A stretch of 57,959 nucleotides of DNA, counting the filler, from Platydemus manokwari (taxonomy: Eukaryota): the NCBI GenBank assembly GCA_037951405.1. It is 6 parts of 6 records of this genome, joined end to end, with 100 filler letters (N's around TTAATTAATTAA, not from the genome) between each part and the next. Parts side by side here need not be neighbours in the genome. Positions count along the whole stretch, not along the records: positions 48,126 to 57,959 come from JBBMOY011199321.1; 5 more parts are not named here. One strand, 5' to 3'. The notes under the pieces were generated by a model, which ran no database searches, was not told the origin of the DNA, and saw only the letters and a program-made list of their open reading frames with translations. Below are positions 52,313 to 57,959 of this stretch, piece by piece. Position 1 is the first letter of the stretch; every line of letters starts with the position of its first letter. A program made the position numbers and the translations under genes.

Positions 52313-53379
52313 TGAACGAAGAAGAAATATTATCTTATTAGTGAGAAAGAATATAAATAAACGATTCAATTACTTAAGTACAAATAATTTTGATGAATAA
52401 CACAACAATTTCAGTAAGGGAAAGTTAGCACAAATTTTTATATCAACAACAATGTCTTTTAAAAGTGAAAACATTGGATTATTGATTTTAATTTCTATTG
52501 GAAACCAAAGGTTATTTATTTTCGCAAATCAATTGTGAACAATATTATATTCAAATTTATTGTGATATTTCGCCGTTTCTCAAATTTTAACTCTGCATCT
52601 AAACAGTTCTCAACTTTATTAATAGATCTGCCATTATTCATTTATCTAAATATATACTTCTTAAATTCAAACGTGTAGCACAAATAAGCTTTTTCTTAGT
52701 TTTGTAATTTAAATTAAAATTTTATATGAATATTCACCACTATTTTATCGCTAGATATGTCACAAAAGCAACAAAAAATTCATGGAAACCATGGTAAAAA
52801 TGCTGAAAGTATTGGTTCACAAGTGCCATTAGCCAATCATATTCTTCCTGTATATTGACCCATATAATTCAAATTTAATAATCGACTGGAGCATTAAAAA
52901 CTAGCAACAAACATCGAGATTCGTCAATGGCACGAAAGTGTAAGAGAAATTGCTGACAGATCGAATTGTGAATGACTCTATCTAATGAAAAGTGAAGCTT
53001 TGAGACATCAAGTGAATACAAATTATAAGACTATAAAAAGAGCTGGATTTTACGAGCAACAACAAGTCTTTTTGATCGGTGATTTTTCTGACAATCAGTC
53101 TTCGTAGTTGTCTTCTGATCTGAATTCGATTTTCGGGTGCTGATCTCATCTTGAGTGATCATCTATTATTGATTTATTGTGATATTTAATTTTGTTTGGT
53201 AACCATCTGGATTTGTAATTCATTGCTAATAAAATAATAATTTCCAGCATTCAATGGTACTTAATATTCCAATATCATGTACATCTTATCCATCTATATT
53301 AAATATATTCATTAAATGATCGGAGAGAAATATAAAATTATTTAGAAATACTTTCTAAGATATCAAATAATAATGGACC

Positions 53380-53900
53380 TTTCATTGTTAAGATAACGAG
53401 TCTCCAGGCTGAATAATTCATCAGTTTCTCATAAATCTATGAATTAGTATTAAAAGGTATGAACAGGTTGCCATAAAGATAAAAATATAGCTCCTGCTTT
53501 GCAAGTGGAATATGAACCAATATGATACAGGCATGTTGGTATGTTAAATAATGACTGTGTATTACTCTCCGGTAATATTAACCAATTAAATCTCTCATGA
53601 TATAGATCTATGATTGCGTCATCATCAACAAGACTTCATATCAATACATTGTCGTTACAATGAAATATTTTCTCGATATCACCAATCTTTTTATAAATAA
53701 CAATGATAATAGCTGAAATACCAGAAAATAAGAAGCTAGTCGTTGATGACGGATTGAAATTTCATCGGTGTAATAAATATAGTAAATTGTTATATATAAT
53801 CAAAGGGATTCATCGGTCATTACAATTTCATTGAAAACATTCTTGTGTATGAAAACAAAGTCAAATAATATAACCTAACTATCCATTCAGCAATTTGTTC
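53380..53900 (-). mobile_element. Possible highly decayed Tc1/IS630-type transposase fragment
   Basis: VFNEIVMTDES (first DDE Asp context) and a downstream YH...AGAIFLSL segment; the remaining motifs are not clearly recoverable. Confidence 0.3.
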
Positions 53901-56900
53901 AGTCTTACCCAGTCAGTCTAATCTTCTTGACCAGGATTCTATATATTATTGACAATTTATTGTAAATTGATACTCAAATCAAAAATTATAAGCACTGTAT
54001 CGCTTAAAATATTGTCAAAGTGTAAATTCTGAGTAATAAAAACGTTTCTGAGTGAATAATTAATTTGTAAAGACATCTCAATTATTCAAACAATGTATTT
54101 TATTAGACATATAATTGGAAGTTATTATTTATAATAATAATTTTATTATTATTTCGAACCCATTAAGAGAGAAACAAGTTTCTTTTGTCTAATTAAAACA
54201 ATCCCAATGAAATACCAATATTGTAGTTATCATTTGATGAAAGTATGAAGTGGTAAATAATTTCCGTCAAATGGTAACCGCATGAGGTCAGATACTCTCG
54301 CAAGGACAATTTCATAAATTTATATAATTATTTTCACACTTTGATTTGTTGAATTATCGATCTTGTTATTCTTATTCACTAATACTGAATATTCAAATAT
54401 GTAATTATAAAAATTAGATTACACCTCAACATCGAATTATCAATATTTGCCGTCTAAATACACTCGAAGAACAAAGTGAAAAAACTTTTGTATCTAAATG
54501 TTTGTTACCTTTTGTTGATGTGCGCCAATTTATAATCGAATTCTATTTATAATTTGATATTTAAGAGGCATCTGATTGGCTATTAGGGTGTTCTCTTATC
54601 AAGTCTCTGTTTATCGAATCTATTCGGGATTATTCCAAAGAACTTCATAAGTGTGTTGCTTGCTTTTTTGTATTCGCATATCATTTATAAAGTTTATTCA
54701 TTTAATGAAGACAATTCTTACGAAAGGAGATTGAAAATTATAAAATTTTACTTATTGATGAAGAATAGTAAGAAGTTTAAGTATAGTAAGAACATAAGAA
54801 TAGGAATTTTCAAATATGTAGCTATTAAAATTAACTATTCAAACAACATTGTGGAGTTAGATATACATAAAAGTCAAGAAATGAAATTTGAACTTCAAAG
54901 TAATGTCTGGTCTTGTAATGAGCTCAAAGGATATATGGAGTTTTATGTATTTCATTACTAAATTACTTAATTCATTTTCAAATACTTTATGCATCCGTAA
55001 TTTACTCCCCAGGGTAAGTTTTAAGTGATTAATAATAAATCCAAGCGATATCCTAGTATAACTACTGTTCTAGTATTAATATCCAATTTTCCGTTCTCCC
55101 AATAGATAAATAGGTGGAAACATCGAATCTCTATAGTAAATCTCTCTCTTACTACGGAATATAATAAGAAACGATTTTTAAAAACAAAATATATGTTAGA
55201 GGTTTTATTTTTATTAGTAGGAAATCTTATTCTTAGAAATCTATTAATTCTCAAATTAAAAATATAATTCTATTTTAAATATTCTAATTTTTAAGCTTTA
55301 TTAACTAATGATAAATTCAAACAATGTTAAAATCTTATTTGTCTTACCAATTCTCTTGGAGTAAATTTATAAAGATAATATAGCAATATACATCTCGAAT
55401 AAACACACATATAATTTCTTAAATCGAAAATATTATTATTAATAAAATAATTAAAATTAATTTTGTTATATTTCATACTAATCTTTGGTAAATGTTCGTC
55501 ATATAAAACCTGAGAAAAAATAATGAAACAATAGCTGATTATGTAAAATAAATTTATGATTTATACAGCTAGACAATTAAATTAAATAATTTTGCTTCAA
55601 TTTTCTTTTTAAAAATTTTTACGCTGAGTTTTTTTATATGGATTATCATACCCTTTCACTACTCCAATTGTGAAAGATAAAGGTTGTTATATAAATGTTG
55701 GGGCTAGATTCTGAATAACCAAATAACGGCTGACTTCAAAAATCGGACGTTGTGAGGTTAATTTCTTACTCATGTCCGACTAATCAGTACAAATCACAAA
55801 ATAACACAAAGATACAATCAAATTTGGTTTACTATTGGTACTCGTACTATTCAATGTGACTCTAAAAATTAAGACAATGTCCCAAAAATCGCAACCAAAA
55901 CTTGGCTTCCAACTGGCAGTAGGCCATTTTTACATCGGTATTTATACTCGAGATCTGTGTATAATTATTTGTATCATGTTTGTATCAGATTTTGATTTGA
56001 GCTTCACTTCCTCATGCTTTTATTGGCCTTATTGGTATTTGTATGTGCTGGATTGGTCAATCCATGTGTGTGTTGTTAAGCGACTAGGTCTCTTTTTTCA
56101 ATTATCGTTCTTCATCTAACTCAGCTGTTATTGTTTGATTGGCATGCCTATGTAGTTGGGTAATGTGAATGCTCTAAGTGCTTAAAAAGGGTATTTCTCA
56201 GCATCAGGATAGCTGTGTTTTCTGAATAGATTAAAACTAAGAAGGATAGTTTAAGTGAAATTTGATATGCACAAATATCTAGAGATCTCATAAGCAAAGC
56301 TTTCCTTTATATAGATTTTTTATTAAATTAAATTGTTTAATGCGACATTAACAAAACGTCTACTGGTATTATATTTATATCCCGATATACTTCACAATTT
56401 CTATTCTTTTGATCTAAACCTTATAAAAATACCCACCGGAAAATCATAATTTCAGCTGTATCAATTAACCTTTTTACTTTTATTAAAAATAATATAGTAA
56501 ATAATTCTTTAAAAAATATTAAAATTTTACTTAGCTTCAATATTTTGTGAAATTATTTGAATTTTTAACTGTAGACCAATCCAATAAAATTTTGACAGCA
56601 GATATTTTTCTGACATTTCCAAAATAAATTTACAATATATGCTACAGAAAAAAATTGTAAAATGGGCCAGGTCATGAAAATATTAGAATCAATCTAAATA
56701 ATAAACAATCCCGAAAAGCCACAATTAGTCATTAAATTATGGCAAGATATAATTGTAGATAATCACGGGGAAGTGTATGTGGAAAGATTGTTGGATTAGG
56801 AAAAATTGTTAGAAATTACAAAGAATAAAATGTTGGAATTTGAATTTAAATGAGGACATTCATTTGAAAGAAGAATTCAAATTCGACTATCAACTGAATG

Positions 56901-57959
56901 ATCAGTTTAAATTTGTTTTTTCAAAATGGGATTATGTATTCACAATAGAGGACAAACACAATGATATTTTACCATTATGAAATGCAAGAAACTCAATATT
57001 TGTAATTATTTACAAGAATACAAGCGTCACAATTGTTAGAATATTTACAATACTTATAAAACTCATGTTTGTTAAGAAATGTATCAGAAACATTGCATTT
57101 GCTCTGTTTCGAAATCCTCTTGGTGGATTTCGTGCAGACAAGAATATTATCCTGACTGAAGAGCAAATAATATGTCAATTTAAATAATCGATTAATTTTA
57201 ATAATTTAGATTTATTAATTTATGAATAATCGGATCAATAATTATTTTCAACTTGCCATTAAAGTCAGTAAGGAATTTCGATTCTATAAGAAAATTGTTT
57301 CATTATCATGTATCAACGATGTCATATTGTCTGAGATGAAAATAATATCAACATATATGAATATATGTCAACATCATTTCTTATTCAAGACCTCATTTAA
57401 TTATGACTGATGGATTTCATTATCATTATATTTCAAAGGTAATATTATTATTTAATAAATAGACGATTGGATAAAATTATCTTATCAAATGGTTTATAAG
57501 CAAGAATTTTCGAATATGTGGACTTAATAATATTCTCCAATTGTAAAATATGCCCATTGGAAACTGACATCAGAAACGTTTAGAAAATACGAAAGGATCC
57601 ACAAAGTTTTCGTATTATTTAGAAATAGAATTTTCAATTTCATTGAAGAAAATTCGCTACTTCATTTAGTTTTAAATGGTAATTCGATAATGCTTTCTAA
57701 TCATTTCGATAACCCAACGCATTATAATCATTGAGTTGCATGTATTGAACAATAAAATTAATAACACATTTAATATTCCAGGTTCCACAACACTGATTAG
57801 CTGGCTTTGTTTATAAAACGATTTGATTTAAAGTGTTTAACGAGTATTCAATATATAATAGTGTGAAAAGTGAAGAGATGAAGTTAACAATTTCATACAC
57901 AAACACAGCACATCAGTTAGGATAGATTGCAAAATAATATAAAACAAATCATATCTATT

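Noticed and set aside
54653-56119. ORFs of 77-102 aa in segment 6
   Set aside because: AT-biased composition, no motifs and no splice-consistent chain.

Overview
AT-rich eukaryotic (not prokaryotic) DNA, most consistent with a dugesiid planarian (Dugesia/Schmidtea/Girardia-like), judged from a planarian-type signalling beta-catenin, very low GC, (TTA)n microsatellites and ~41-57 nt introns. The window is not one locus: five identical 100-nt artificial linkers (44 N + TTAATTAATTAA + 44 N) join six unrelated-looking 9-10.6 kb pieces. Seg1 (1-9011): 5' part of a PALS1/MPP5/Stardust gene. Seg2 (9112-18047): truncated F-type lectin, R2-like RT remnant, intronless NUDT19 and complete 8-exon CHORDC1. 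Seg3 (18148-28767): complete 6-exon ORC5, a decayed unidentified ORF chain with a possible Gypsy remnant, and beta-catenin-1. Seg4 (28868-38180): internal exons of TEX2 (SMP domain), including a 24-nt microexon. Seg5 (38281-48025): mariner remnant and the 3' part of a C-clamp TCF/LEF gene. Seg6 (48126-57959): repeats only, including a piggyBac remnant and a structurally complete 763-bp TRIM (LTRs, PBS, PPT, 5-bp TSD) that has a second, diverged copy in a TEX2 intron. Gene models were spliced by eye from GT-AG sites and reading frame; family calls come from recalled motifs, not database searches. I see no evidence for a wholly new multi-gene system; the best novelty candidates are the TRIM family and unusual motif changes in TCF, ORC5 and the lectin.
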